NCBI GenBank assembly: GCA_027604505.1
Contig: JADIIX010000034.1
Coordinates: forward strand, 1-64,000
DNA from: Gonapodya sp. JEL0774
Lineage: Eukaryota
Direction: 5' to 3'
Length of the DNA: 64,000 nucleotides
Positions within the stretch are counted from its first letter, which is position 1; every line of letters begins with the position of its first letter. The notes beneath the pieces are model-generated. The model did not search any database. It saw only the letters and a program-made list of their open reading frames with translations, and had not been told where the DNA came from. Position numbers and translations under genes: made by a program. Shown one piece after another: positions 48,425 to 63,938 of this stretch.

Positions 48425-50056
48425 ATGGTTCTCGAGTCGGTTCCCGCCATCCACGATGCGCTTGCACCCATTCTCGATAACAAATCTGCCACTGATGCCA
48501 TCTGGCTTGTTGGCGCGGCGGTCGTAGCCAGCGCTGCTGTCCGGACTGTTCTCTTCCTCGGCAAATCGCTGTATTCCAGCTTTTTACGGAGCCCAAAGAA
48601 TCTCAAAAAGTGAGGCGACCTCTAAGTGACTTTGAATTCGGGTTGTGGATGTTCTTGTGTGGGAATGCTGATGTGATAACCATCAAAGACTTGGTAAATG
48701 GGCCGTTGTTACAGGGGCGACCGGTAAGTGTCGCAATGTCTGTTCTTTTCGATCTCCTCGTAGTCTCCATGTTTTAAATCTTCTTTGCGTTTGTGCCCAT
48801 TGTTCTGATCTTGAATTGTTGAAAGATGGTATCGGCAAAGCGTACGCCAAAGCCCTCGCAAAGCAGGGCATGGCCATCGTCCTGATCTCCCGCACTCAAT
48901 CTAAGCTTGATGAAGTCGCCAAAGAGTTGTCGGAGAAGTACAAGGTCGAGACCCAGACGATCGCCGTGGACTACTCCAAGTTCACAGAAGATGTGTCCGC
49001 GAGCCTCAAGAAGAAAATCGACGCATTGGAGGTTGGAGTGCTCGGTGAGTTGATGAGAATCGTTCTGGAGGGGAAGTCTTCGTGGTTCTGATGATCTCCA
49101 TTGCCTTTGTTTTTTAATCAGTGAACAATGTTGGCGTGTCCGTGGGTTAGATGGAAGTCGTTACCTTCTGTTCACCGTACGTGATTGCTGAAACCTACTT
49201 CTCAAATAGTACACCTACCCGGAGAAGTTTGAAAAGCTCGACGAACCAACACTTCGGAACCTTATCCACCTTGTGAGATCTCACTATATAGTGAGACTTT
49301 TGTGGTGTCTTAACATAAGTGTATTGACGCCCCTTCCTGTTCTCCAGAACTGCGACTCCGTTGTTGTTATGTCCCACATGGTTATTGGTCAAATGGCCGC
49401 TAGGTTGGTCGTGCGGCTTCTGAATGAAGAATGTGACCACGGCGACGCCTGAATGTCTCAACTTTCCTCACGCCAACAGAAAGAAGGGTGCCATCATCAA
49501 CATCTCGTCCGCTTCGGGTCTCTTCCCCATGGGTCTCCTCACTGTATACTCCGCCACCAAGTCGTTTGTTGATTTCTTCAGCAGGGCTTTGAGCCAGGAG
49601 TACCCAGGCCTCTACATTCAGTCCGGTAAGTTTCATACTTCGAATCATATTGGGATCATGCCAAGCCTCTCCCTGGGTTGCTCAATTTGCTCCTTCCCCA
49701 CCCAACCGAACAGTGCTCCCTTTCATGGTTGTCTCCAAACTCGCCGGTCTAAAAAGGCCGACCTGGAACGCTCCGAACCCGGATGACTACGTTCGCTCCT
49801 CCATCGCGACCGTTGGCTACGAAAGCCGCACTCTTGGCTACTGGGCGCACAAGGTGTCCGCGCTTATTCAATACCTTCCCTTCTCCTACGGCGAGAAGAT
49901 AACGTACGATATGCACGCTGACATTAACAAGCGCTACTTGAAAAGAGTGAGCATATCGTCTTTTGTGGATTTCATTGTTTGTTATTCTGACTTGGTTTTC
50001 CGCACTCGCAGCAAGCAAAATTGGCGGCAGAAGCTGGTGGCAAAAAGGCTCAGTAG
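48425..50056 (+). CDS. IFA38: Very-long-chain 3-oxoacyl-CoA reductase (SDR; Ifa38/HSD17B12-like)
   Basis: GKWAVVTGATDGIGKAYA, LISRTQSKL, LVNNVG, INISS, YSATK, GYWAH; C-terminal KKAQ* di-lysine ER-retrieval motif. Confidence 0.92.
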
Positions 50057-50213
50057 TTGACCTCTTAGAAGCTGCGACGTAGACTTATTTTGTACCGCTC
50101 TTCAATAGAGTTTCACCATTTCTAAACGGTTGCGCCGGATTTGGTTGAAGGCCAGCTGCAAGTGCGATCCTACCGCTCCCAGCATTGGATTGGGATTCAC
50201 AACCCATTTGACA

Positions 50214-51820
<1,607 letters not shown>

Positions 51821-52010
51821 GGAGTCGTAGGGAGAGACCTCGGAGCGGAGAATTGTTGCATTTGTGTATACAAGTGTACAAAGTGAACGCGCGTGAGGTT
51901 ATGTAATCTTTACACGGGCACATGATGCTTGAGAAGACATCAATTCCCTGACTTAGGGAATCGACCCTTCTCAAGTTGTTTCTCCTCGCTCATTTGCATA
52001 GGAGACCAAA

Positions 52011-55000
52011 ATGATCTGGCCCGTTGTTTTGGCGATCATCTTCGTCGCGCTTGTCACCGCGACTGTGCTGTGGTATTTTGGCGACAACATCTCGTCAGCC
52101 AGAGATGCGGAGGGTGTCACTGGGCCTGTTCAATCAGAAGGCAAAGTACGCTGGTACGCCCAGCTCACAGCATTCCTTGGCTGGTTCTTTCCATTCTGCG
52201 TCCCACTGCTGTTGCCCATAGACTTGGCGTCTGTAAGTCCCGTAGTCGGAGCACCTCTACCTTCTCATGTCATGATGGTCTGTCCTCTTCCAGGCTCTTT
52301 ATCGTTTGAGATGTGCAGATGAAATTGGCAATTCGACCACTCTTACGGTCGCGGACTTCTCCAATTCGACCAACTTCTTCCCTTCCAACTCTTCCAACCC
52401 AATCGTTCCGGACCCGACATGGTGTCAAGAGCGAGCACCAATAGCTTTTGTCAGCTCAGAATTCATGTACATCTTTTGGGAGCTCAATTATTGGACGTCC
52501 TTTGTCTTGACCTGGTCCGTTGATGAAGGCTGGTGGCCTTGAAAGCGCAACTCACACTAACTCGTTGTCCTCCGGGCTTACCAATCTTGGTTACAAAGGG
52601 TAGTTATCCCAATCATGCAGGGGTACCGACGGTCTGGAAAATTCTCGCCGGTAGATAAATTCAAGGAGGCCGTGTGGTCAAACGTGGTTTACCTTCTTGC
52701 GATAGGAGTTGTCGGAACTGGCTTTATCATCTATATCGCAGTCGCAAATGGACTAGACTTGTGCGTTCGTGACAGTACTGGCTGTTGTTGGAGAGCGCGG
52801 GCCATGTTCATGTTACTGTTTGAACATTTAGCAAAACCCTCACCTCCCTGCTCATCGCCGCATCCAACGCTTATGGTCTCACACACATTGCTCTCTTCCT
52901 CGGTCATGGGCTTGTGGCATTTCCCGCGTCGCTCTTTAAATCAGCGTCCCACCGTTATTCCCTCCGTATCCTCGAAGGGAAGGCCCCAAAGATGAAAGAA
53001 AAATCAGTAGATGCGGAAAGTGATTACTTGGAAGTTGTCAGGGACATTGCGGGTGTTTGGGAAAGGCTCGAAGGAGGCTCCCAACCCCAAGGGAGAAAGA
53101 ATGGTCGTTCAAGAGCAAGAGGTGAAGAGCCGCAGGAAGCGAGCAGCGAAGATGTTGAGCGATTGCGGAAACGTGCGGAGAGACTCGTGCAGAAGGTATG
53201 CGCGTGCGACATCATGTTCCACTTGTATTCCTGAGTGCACATACAGGTCCGCCATCTCCTTCTAGTGTCCATTGGCTCTGTCTCCTCACCACATTGGTGT
53301 TCACGACGAATCAGACTCTGCGATACCCTCAGTCATCACTGAGGCATTCATTGAATCACTTCACGTGCGGTTGAAGACTGCCATTGTAAACAAAGACCGC
53401 AGCGATGCGCAATGGGAGCAACTCCTTCGGAAAGCTTGGTTTTTGCAAGACATTGTGGATACAGAGGACGGTGGAGAGAGGTAGTGGCTAAGCTCAACTT
53501 CATTCTAATCGAATCGTCCGCTCATGTGACTTCTTAATCACAGAAAACTCTTCTCTCCACTGTACCCACCTCCACCGTCACTGCATCCTTCCACGCGAGA
53601 TCTAGTTTTGCGCGGACGTTGGTATTGGTTCGTTATCATCCATCCTGCTCTGACACGCTTCTTCGCGCTACTATTTGCACTCTTCTCCGCCTGCATTGTT
53701 TGGAGTGAGGTCACATTCCAATTCGGCGCTAAAGCAGGGAGGACGCTGACGTTGTTTGGATTGTTTGTTGAGAACGAAGATTTGGGATACGGAGTACTGG
53801 AGGTGCGTGGCTCGCAATCTCGATATTGAACGTCGTCTCATAGCACGTTGCACGGATAGATTGTTTCCTTCGTCACGATGTTATATCTTTGTTTATGCGC
53901 TTATTCATCTCTCATGAAAATGAGGGTTTTCAGCGTGTATGCGCTGGTGCCAGACCACCACACGGATGAGGGGAGCATGTTATTTTTTGCAGCATATTTC
54001 TGGTGAGTTTGAAGACATTGAGTACCCATCACAACGCACTTACATGCGATTCTTATCCCCGGACTAGCCGTCTGAACTTCCCGTTGTGCTACAACTTTCT
54101 AAACCTCCTCACAACAGCTGACACCTCGAATTCACCTGCTACGGCCACCACGTTTGTTCGTGTTATCGGCAAGATAGATTTGGTACCCCTCCTCGGGAAC
54201 GAATTCAATCTGTACTTCCCTCTCGTCATTGTAGTCATCTGTACCGTGGTATTCTTCAATCTACATGGGCGACTCATGAGGATGTGTGGAGGATTCGGCG
54301 AGTTATTTTTTGATGACGACGAACCCACGGAGGATATTGTTATGGAAGGTCGACAACTAATCGAGCAAGCCAGGGCGATGGAGGAGAGGCGGCTAGGGAG
54401 GGTTAATGGAGGTCAAGGTGGTAGCGGGAGGAACGGGGATGGAGTTGGCGGCCGCAGAGAGGGTGGTTATGGTGGTGTTGTGGCTTCTGATCGCCGACGG
54501 GGAGTCACAGATTCAGAAGTGAGGAGTCTGGACGAAACTGGCAGGCGGTCCAATCACTACACAACCGAGGTGGGTTGGAAGTTCCCGGATCTTAATTTGC
54601 ACTGTTTCTCACTGCACTGTTACATTTGTAGTCATCGATGTCATCCACCGTTGCGTCTTTCTCCTCCCGCCTCGTCCGCCCATTCTTCGGCAAAACGGCT
54701 AACGAACCACCCTTGCCTTCCAGCCGTGCCACTCCTCCACCACGACCCGCATCATCCAACGCAAACCGTGCTTCGGCGTTGGCCCATCAAAGCCTTCGTA
54801 CATCGCGACAGTCTGGAGACTCTGATGTTGCTGACTCAGAACGACGAGAACTGCTCGGGTCAGTACGCTCAGAGTCTCGAAATAGTCAGGGGCCTTCAAC
54901 AAGTCCCGGTGGACTGGGGATCGGACAGATCTTTGGTGGGCGGAGTAGGGGCTCAGGTGGAGAGCCAGGAGGTGTTAGTGGTAATGGACGGGCGTCGGAC

Positions 55001-55288
55001 TTTGCTGGGGTGGGATATAGTACACGCCCGTCAGAGGAGGTAGAATCGCCTGGAGGATTTTCAGATGCAGTCAAAGGCTTCCTGGGGAAGTGGAATTCAA
55101 ACCCGGTCAAGAGTGCTGGCTACACAAGCTTGACTGGCAGTGGTAGCGTACCTCCTGAATCTTCTTCTGCAGGCCTCTCTGGAGGTCGAAACTTCACGCC
55201 AACACCCCGGAAGACCACTCCCACTTTCGCTAGGGCTGGTGGAACGTCGAAGAAGGGGCCTCCGCTTGGGTTGTTCGATGGCGTGTAA
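52011..55288 (+). CDS. LMBRD2: LMBR1-family multi-pass membrane protein, LMBRD2-like
   Basis: FLGWFFPF..PLLLPIDL, YWTSFVLTWVVIPIMQGY..SGKF, GHGLVAFP, IVWSEVT, HHTDEGSMLFFAAYFCRLNFPLCYNFL, FNLYFP. Confidence 0.88.
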
Positions 55289-55324
55289 TTCATAATTTTA
55301 CATCATTAGTTGTGTTTCAAGAAT

Positions 55325-56975
55325 TTAATCCCCTTTGTGTTTATACGTAAGATGATTGTCTCCGAATTTCTTGCGAAGAAACTTCGCGCCTTCTGTGTCC
55401 AGCGCACTTTCCTCATCATACGAAAATACCTTTAGCTTTCGATGATTTACAATGTCTTTGACTGAGCCCAACAGCGATACACCAGCGCATTGAACGTGCA
55501 GTTCACGTAACTCTTTCAAGTTGCGCACCACAGTCCCAACGAGGTCACCCTGAGTCAACTTTGTTCCACTAACATTTAAAGCCTCTAAATGCACGCAATG
55601 CTCTGCAACGGAAATCATGGAAAGGTTTCCAAAAAGGGTTTCTTGGACATCAAGAACGCGAAGTTTGGGAAGGCGAGATAAAATATCCGCGAAGGTGGCC
55701 TGCTGCAAATTTTGATCTCCCTCAAGGTTTAGTTCCTGCAACGATGAGAGGCGCCGGAGAAAGTGAGCCAATTGTTGGACTTGCGTCATTGTTTCCATCC
55801 TGAACCCTTGCATCGCAACTTTCTCCAAGCGTGGGCACAGTCTGACAACAGAATTGAAGAACGCTTCTGAAACGGATTCATCCGGGATAGCAACGTGCCG
55901 GAGGGCAAGTGCGCGGAGGGATTCCCAGTGAACCTCTGGTTGGCGCCAAAACACGTCGCTCCGAAAAGTGAACCCCTCACACTCCAGACATCTCAGCCGA
56001 GGAAATAGCTTCATGGTTTCAATAAGTGACATTTCTTCTGCTGCAAGATAAAGGCCAACCTGATGGTCGGGATCTTCCAACGCCTCGACTCCTTCCACAA
56101 GCACTTCCCTAACATTCTCGGCAAACTGAGAACCAATCAGGGTTTGAAGTGCATAATATGGAAGATTAGCAAGGCTAAATGCCACGCGTCTGATCCGCGA
56201 ACGATCACGCAACGCGAACAATGGATGCTTCAAAGCTCCGGCAGATGGAGATGGGTCCATTCTGAAGGGACGCTCTGTGGGAAATTCGCACGTGCCAAGA
56301 TTGCGGAACTGGGCAACGAGCAGTCTGGCCAAGGGCCAGTGCTCGTGCGTCATCTCGTCAGAGAAAAATATTGACCGTACAGTGTCTGCGGAACGTTCCC
56401 ATATCTATGTGACGGTTCGGGTTGGTTACGAGTCCTGCTAGCACTCAATTAAAGTCCGAAACTCCGAAGTCTACCTGCCAAACAGACTCTAGATCCGAGC
56501 AGACTGTCAATAGTCGGGGGAAACTGATGGTAATTTCAGTAATGGGAGTCGAGATGGCAAGAGATTCAGGTGCTGTCTTCCGTTGTTCCTCAAACAGAAG
56601 TCGTTCCGAAAGTTCAGAGAGGCATTGTAGCCATAAGCCAGACCAAAGAATTTTCCTGCTTTCTAAGGACCAGGAGCGGCTACAATATGAGCAGCAGTTA
56701 AAGGTTAGGACACGAAGTGCTGGAATCCGTACCATCAAAGGATAATACCAGACGAGAGAGGCCGATTTCAAGTCTGCTTGTGAGTTTAATCGATTGAGAA
56801 TTAGCACCAAGATTTCGGGGGGCAGTTCTGGTGCTCTACTCGAATCAAATTTGAGTAGCTGCTTTTGGCAGTCATCAATGAGCGATTGAAGCTGTTCAGA
56901 ACGGTATTCCGGGGCAATCGATAGTGAAGAATTCAAGATACGGCGCAAAAATGCTGGCTGGACGGAATCCAACAT
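55325..56975 (-). CDS. F-box/LRR (RNI-like) protein
   Basis: F-box ELPPEILVLILNRL....LKSASLVCRSW......LW; C-terminal LRRs (LQELNL, LRVLDV, LEALNV, LRELHV). Start uncertain. Confidence 0.85.
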
Positions 56976-57462
56976 GAACGTGTTCTCGTCGCATTCCCTC
57001 GACAGTGCGGCACCAACAGCAAACCACAATCAATCATCTCAGCCATGTATCATGTCTGCAATCGTCGAGCCACTACATCATCAAGATTTATGATGGCAAT
57101 AGTGATTGCATGTCGGTCATTGCATAATCTGAGCATGAACTAAGCTTGTCAGATTTGTACTGCGCTCATTTGCGCTCATTTCCTGAAAATGGAGTGTTTC
57201 CCCACAAGCCATTATTTACGGAAGTTCGAACAAATATATGTCTGTTTCAATTCGTTTCGTGCAAGGACAAGCTAGTGCTGTTTTCAGCATCAGGTAGTCT
57301 CCCCATTTGTAGAACGAGGATTTATCATTCAAACAAGCGCGCACCATCCCATTCCCATCCTAACGAAGGAGCTCATTTTTGCTGATACGCATAAGTCAAT
57401 AGGTGCAAAACTGAACTGACTTCCGCTGGAACAGCCGAACACCACTCATCATCAAACCTTTG

Positions 57463-60400
57463 CTATTGTGTCGTCTCTAATGATCGACGTTCGACGTCCC
57501 CGACTTTGGCCTAATCTTGCCTCCCGAACATGCTATTATCAGATCAACTGTGTACGTGAACTTTGCCAGCAAAACTCACCATATCATCAGCATTCCACGA
57601 CCGATCATCAATGCTTGCCATTCTATCTTTCGTTCTACCCTCAAAGAGCGACAGTCTGCGGCGTTCTTCCGTCACCGGGACATCGCCTTGGTGATCTTCA
57701 GACGCAATGGGAAGCTGAGTCAGGGACGCTTCAATTTGACCTGTCGCCAGTTTATCCTTTGACTTGAGTGCGTCACGCGACTTTGAACGCTTCTTTTTCC
57801 GCTCTTTCGTGACGGTCATTAATTGCTCCTTCGTACTGCCGTTCGGGCCTTGAATAACTCTTGTGATTTGCTCGTCGACAGTCGATACGACCTTGGTCAA
57901 AGTCTTTTCAGATGACTGCCGGTATTCCAGTCCTTTCATTATAGACGGTACGTTCATTATATCGGGTCTTCCTGGACGAGTGAGCTCCAAATCGCCAACA
58001 CCAGGCTTTTCCGTTGTCCTGATATCCAGCGGCGACTCAGACAGCGCTTCACCCAATCCGGTTGATGTCCAGAAGCGTTCCGCTATCGCCTTCTTTGTTT
58101 CTATTCCTTCGGGTTTCTCATACGTGTAAATCACAACCGGCTGTCTGTCCCCAAATCCCCCAAGCGCCAGAAAGTGGTCGAGTGGGTGGAACGCAAGAGT
58201 CAAAACAGGGTTTGGCCTGCCTGACCGGGATATCCTCGCAGAGAAGAACGGAAATGGCGGGGTCGGGTCCTCAAGATGCTGGGGCCCGTCTCCATCTCCG
58301 TCCTCCAAGTAGTCATGGTATTGATCGTCCGCATAAATTGCAGCGAGTTTCCCGGTTTCAGCGTGAAACATCAGCACCCGCCCATCAGAAGATCCCGCAA
58401 TAACGTAAGCACCGCAGGGGGAAAACTCTGCCGAAACGAGCGACAAATGTGTTGCATTGAATCTCGGAAAAGCAACTCTCCCCGCAACTAGCGTCGTCGT
58501 CGAGTTCGCTGTCGGAGATCTTGATCTCCCCCCTACTGGACTAGGACTCCTGCTCCTCCCTGACCCGCGGGTGTCCCTCGGTGTTTGTGTCGAACCCTCG
58601 CCTGCGAAGGTCATTAGTGTACGGTGAACCCGAACGTCCAGTGTTCGAAGGATGGAGCTTACTCCGGTGGTGGAGGCTGAGAGAAAGAGGAATTTCCGGC
58701 TCGTGGGGTGCATTCGGAGCCCCACAATCGGTGTGGGCTGGAAGGATCCTCGAGCGACTGAGTCGTTTATACTGGTATTCTGTTGCAATAAACAACAACT
58801 TACCGCGGCTTGTATGATCTTAATACACTCGAACGCCATCCAATCTGGCTCCTTGACTGGGGTGTCGTCCCCCACCTTGGCATCCCCCCCCCTTCCCACG
58901 GTGCAACTCCACACCCTCACAACACCTTTCCCATCGCCCGAAAACATCTTTGTCCCATCGCTGGTGAAAATCACGGAGTTCACGTAGCTTTCATGCCCTT
59001 CGAAGGTCATCGCCGGTGTGCTCACATCCAAAGCTCTATTCCCACATCGCCACCCCCTGACCTTCCCATCCCAGCCACCTGTAAACAATATCTTCGGCCA
59101 CTCTGCCACAGGGTGCCAGGTACAGGCATACACATATCCCGGGTGCTGAAATGTCGCCTCGTGCCGGACTTCTCCATCTCCTCGGAACGCCCAAACCCTT
59201 GCTGTGCCATCCGCAGACGCTGAAGCCAGCTCAGAATCATCTGAAGACCAAGTCAGTTGGTAGATGGGGCCGTGGTGTCCGGCGAGTGTCACGAGGCGGT
59301 GGGACGAAGGGACAAAGTAGAGTTTTATTGGATGGAATGAGCCTGGTGTGGAGGATTGGCTGGTAGCGAGACTAGCAAAACAAAGGAAAAGACCATTGTG
59401 AGAGTACGAGAGTGTAGAACAGCCTCTGAAGGGTCGAGGGTGACGAAGGATGTTGATTCCACTGGAGCGATCAGGAGGAATACTGGTGAAGCTCACTTGG
59501 GACCAGCGTCAATGGTGCACAGTAGCTTGTTTGGGACTTTACATTGCTGCCCATGCTTCCTCCTCCAATTCGGCTTAACAAAAAATAAACTCAGATTCCG
59601 GCGACACATAACCCATCTTTCACATTCACTGCTTTTCCACAACTCACCGTTTCACCCAGTCCTGCCAAGCTCCTCCACACCTCATCACCCTCTCTCCTCC
59701 TTCTCCTCCACTCCACAGCCAGATCCCCGTAAGGCAGCCTTCCCATCTCTCGGTCCGTTGGAAGCCTCGGACGACCCCAAACGGTGGATGGTTGAAGTGG
59801 AGTGTGTGCCTTTATTGACACGTAGAGGGATCCAGGGTACTTTGTGCGGGATGGGCGGGGTAGGAACGGTAGGAACGGAGACGGATGGAGAGAAGGAAGA
59901 ACCGAAGACACTGGAGGGTGTGTGAGAGAAAGTCGGGCGGTCCCAGCACGGTAGCGATATAGTTGCAATCGGGCCACAGACTCAGTATTCGCCCGTTGTA
60001 CTACTCCTGCTGTTTTGCTGTCCGTTGGCCCGCCACCCGAACCAACAAGCTTCAAGAACGCCCAAGCGATTCTCCTCCAACCACTCAGCTCCATATCTTC
60101 TGATCCACCAACTTTGGGGAGCCCCGCTCCCTTTCCACCTCGCATCACCATCATCTCAACATGTTGGTTCCAATCTCTTCCCGGAACATCTGATGGCACT
60201 CTCCGAGCGTAGCCCTCTGGCATTGGATCATGGTCTGCCCAATCCAGTATTTCAAACACGCAGGTTGCATTTCTGGTGGAAAGCAGGTGGAGGTAGTCTT
60301 CGTTGAAGACAAGTGTTTCGTTCCAGGCTGGAGTGGCAGTGGAGTGGGCGGCGAGGTCGAACGGCTGAAGGGGGGATGCAATGAGGTGAGCGTGAGGACG

Positions 60401-61942
60401 AGTAGCGAAGCGATGATCTGATTCTCCGAATAAAACGACGGAAGGAGAGGACTGAACCTCACCTGTGTGACGATTGGAACAATGTGGTCGACCGTGCCTT
60501 CATGAGGAGCAGATACAGGTCTGGTCACATCCGATTTCTTGAGGTACGTTCCCGTCTCGAAATCTGAAGAATAGCACAAAGATATTCCTGGCGTACGCTC
60601 CCTTCAAAGTGTTCGTCTTACACGTACCGATAAAAGACACCCTAGCCACTGGGGTACGCACCGCTACGTCTGGGAGCAGCGATAATGGGTCGGTGCGGAT
60701 GACAGTCACAGAGACACAGTGGCCGAGAAAGCAGGTAGGGGAAGGCGGTGGTTGAAGGTGGGAGAAGATGTGAGGGCTGTTGGTATCAAAGGCGACTTCA
60801 GTGGGATGTTCTAGAATTGGACCATGTAGATTGGTCGGGGGAGGAGACGCGGTTTGAACGGCAGGTGAAAGCGGAAGGGCGGGCAACTGGGGTTCAGTTG
60901 ATGCGCGGACATTGGACGCAAAGGAAGATTCCCGAGAACTCCGGCTGCAAGATGTAGATCGGTGACGCCGGGTTGGACCGTCTATACTAGGAGTTTGGTC
61001 AGTCGCTGATTCAGTTGGTTCAGATTCCCTGAGCTTCCGCTCGGATATGACAAGTTTCCCTAGTGGTGTGATGGCGGTCGTTTGCGATTTGCTCTTGCTT
61101 TCGTGCCGGCGATGTCGTCTGGGAGTAGATATGGGGTCTCCAGGAGGAGGTTTGGGGTTGAGTTTATCATGGGGAGGCGGTTTGGGGTTGAGTTTGTCAT
61201 GGGATTGTGAGGGATGATGGCTGGTCGAAGCATGAGTCACTTCTTTCAGCTCAATGAAGTCCCCATTTTCCAGTAACATTGATTGTAGCTCCAGCTTCGT
61301 GGCAGAGTTCCTTCGTTGCTTCGATTTGCGAGTCCTCTCTGGGCCTTGCTCACTGCTGGAGAGATTTTGGGGTCTCGTGTCCCCGAAGACATCTCGAACC
61401 TGACCGCGCATTTCATCATTTGTCTTACGGTCATGACGGCGTTTCTCAGTTTTTGCAACGCCGTTTCCTGAATGTGGGTTCGCGAAGGGACCACGTTCCA
61501 AATCCAGTTCAATAAGACCTGGCGGCATTGTCACTGAGTCACGTCGAATTGACCGACGCCGAGAGTGGGAACGCTTCGACATTCCGATATCTGACGGAGC
61601 CGATGTTTCCACGTGGAGCGAAGGGTGTCTTGTGCTCACGAGGTTTAGTTCAGAGTGAGACGAATCTATAGAACCAGCGCCCGAAACTCCAACGGCGCCA
61701 GAGTCTCCAGCATCTCCGGCGCCTCCTATTTCACGCGTCTTTTTACGTCTATGAATTTTATGCTGTTTCTGTTCGGAGATACGTTCGTCGGGTAGCAGAG
61801 TCTCATGTGTCTTCGCTTCGAGCTTTTGGTCGGCGTCGTCTCTAGCATCCTTCTCCCGCTTTTGTCCACGCACTATGAGCAGGTCCCTCTTCCAATTTTG
61901 AAGTTCATATGGCGTCGGGGTGGATTCGGGTGATGGTTTCAT
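57463..61942 (-). CDS. AHI1: Jouberin/AHI1-like ciliary transition-zone protein (C2-like domain plus WD40 repeats)
   Basis: FEILD, RIAWAFLKLVG, RLQLYRY, KYPGSLYVSI, GHHGPIYQLTWS.DD..L.SASADGTARVW, HPGYVY..WHP, FHPLDHFLA. 3' end approximate (57463 or 57477). Confidence 0.85.
61141..61201 (-). repeat. 30-bp coding duplication (HDKLNPKPPP x2)
   Basis: ggtttggggttgagttt(a/g)tcatggg occurs twice, 30 nt apart. Confidence 0.85.
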
Positions 61943-62394
61943 GGGTTTCTGGATCTGCGTTCATATGCACGATTCACCTCTATGGACAATGTATCCCGTC
62001 AAGCCTCCACCCTTCGAGCTACTCAACAACTGCGTTGCCGTGATAGGAAGAGTGTGGCGTAAGAAGCCCACCTCGCAAAATAATGGCAGCCCGAAGGAGA
62101 TCATCGGCACTAAACTACGCTAGAAAAAATCTCCCAAATCTAGCCCAGTCTAGCTTGGCCACCTGCACGAGACACCTCTCACCCAATGTGCCTCGCCGGG
62201 GCTCTCGCACAATCCACCCAGGAAGGGCGTGTGCAGTGGGTCACTTTGCAAAACACAGGAGTCGAGAAATCGAGATCAAAAACAATACCAGGCTTTGTAA
62301 AGAATAAGCAGAACATTTATTGGCTTTCCTCCAGCAAACAGCATTTTACAATAGACAACCTAAAGAGCCATTTGGAATACTTTCCATCCACTCA

Positions 62395-63938
62395 TCAGGA
62401 GGAAGTGTATGTGATGTCGGAAGTCTTGTACAGACAGAACTTGCTGTCTGGGCCAGATGTGTCGCTGGTGAACTTCTTGCAGATCGGCTGAGTGAGGTGG
62501 TAGATCGTTAAAGATGAGGTTCTTTTCGCACCATGAAGTGCCTGTACAGCTCACTCACCCAACTAGTACCGAACGAAGAGGGAATACTGATCTTGGATAA
62601 CTTGGCTGTGTCTGACGCCTTGTCCGTGTTGATTCCAACGAACGCTTCTCCCGGGACCCCGTGTGCCTGTCACATGCGAAGTGTTGGACTGCAAACTTCC
62701 AGCATGATATGACAAGATTTGCTCCTAGAACTTACTCGAACGCTTGTGACTTCCACGTTCCTGTTCGGGTACCCGCAGCCGCCGCAAGATCGATAGAATT
62801 TTGCTTTGCCCTTGTAATTGTAGTAGACATCGATGTTCGAAAGCTTGGCTGTACCGGCTCCGTTGTGTTGCACGGCCTTGTCGTTAAATCCACTGCACGT
62901 TTGGATTCAAGCAGATCTTTGGCGTTTGCGGAATACGGAGTGACCGGAACGAAAAACTCACTTGACTGCACCACCGTTCCAGGACATGACACACGACGTG
63001 CAAGAGGTCGGGTTCTTGAAAGAGAGCGAGTCTTCGCAAGTCTCCTCGAACCAGACGTTACTGAGGGTGCACGATCCCAGACAGTAGACCGCTATATGGT
63101 CAGAGAGGATAAAGTGTGTTCAAGATTCGCCAGGTTAACCAACCTTCACGGTGGATGGAAAAACAGTGGTCATGAAAGTCCGTACTCACAATCTTTGACC
63201 TCACGTCCGATAATGACGTTTTGTAGTGTTGCACCATCGTTGAGGAGGAAAATAGTGTCAGCGCTGCCAGGCTCTGGGAGTGTGTTGAATAACCAAGAGT
63301 CTGTGGTGCTCAATCAGAAGAGAAACAATTCGTTTGATCTCACCGATATCCAGGCAATTGTTCGCGCCTCTGTACCCTGCACCACGATCGTAGCGGTACA
63401 TGCCACCGTCAAAAGTGCCCGAAACCGTAATCGGCGACGTGCAAGAGCGGGAACCAGTAGCCTTCGGGAAGGTACTCGGAAGTCCACTGGGAGGTCCAGT
63501 GCTTGAAGATTTGCACTGAGACGGGAGGGGGGATGCCGCACGACGGTTGAGCTCGACGAGGCTGTAATAAAGCGGGCAGTACGGGTCAGTTCCTCCTTCG
63601 GTATGAAGGTTTCAGATTCACGTTACGTACTCGCCCCGCTTTCTGAGGAGGAAGTCCTCGTGACGAGCTTCCATTTCGAAATCCCCGTCGACCGTCATCT
63701 CACCGACTAGATCCCTTGCCGTCAAGATATGGTCAGATTTTTCCTGGTAGGAAGTGAGTTCAATTGAGTACGAATATCACTACAGAACGGTACAAGCTGT
63801 CCACGTGCAACCAAAAACAATGTTCTGTGCACTTACAATGTTGAAGTCGCTCTCATCGTGCTTCATGTGCACACGAGCGGGTGCTGCAATTGCAGAGAGC
63901 GCGAGAAGGAGGAATCCGATAGATTTGATGGCAACCAT
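62395..63938 (-). CDS. Secreted pectate lyase, family PL3
   Basis: Signal peptide [18 protein letters not shown]; propeptide with RKR and [66 protein letters not shown]. Confidence 0.92.

Noticed and set aside
52011..55288. LMBR1-family gene as the B12 exporter CblF/LMBRD1, forming a cobalamin cluster with CblC
   Set aside because: The motifs fit LMBRD2 rather than LMBRD1, and the gene is more than 30 kb from CblC with unrelated genes in between.
62661..63506. 281-aa + strand ORF
   Set aside because: It is the antisense shadow of the pectate lyase exons and introns.
63560..63640. GC donor (G|gcgagt) in the pectate lyase gene
   Set aside because: The phase matches only the canonical GA|gtacgt donor 4 nt downstream.
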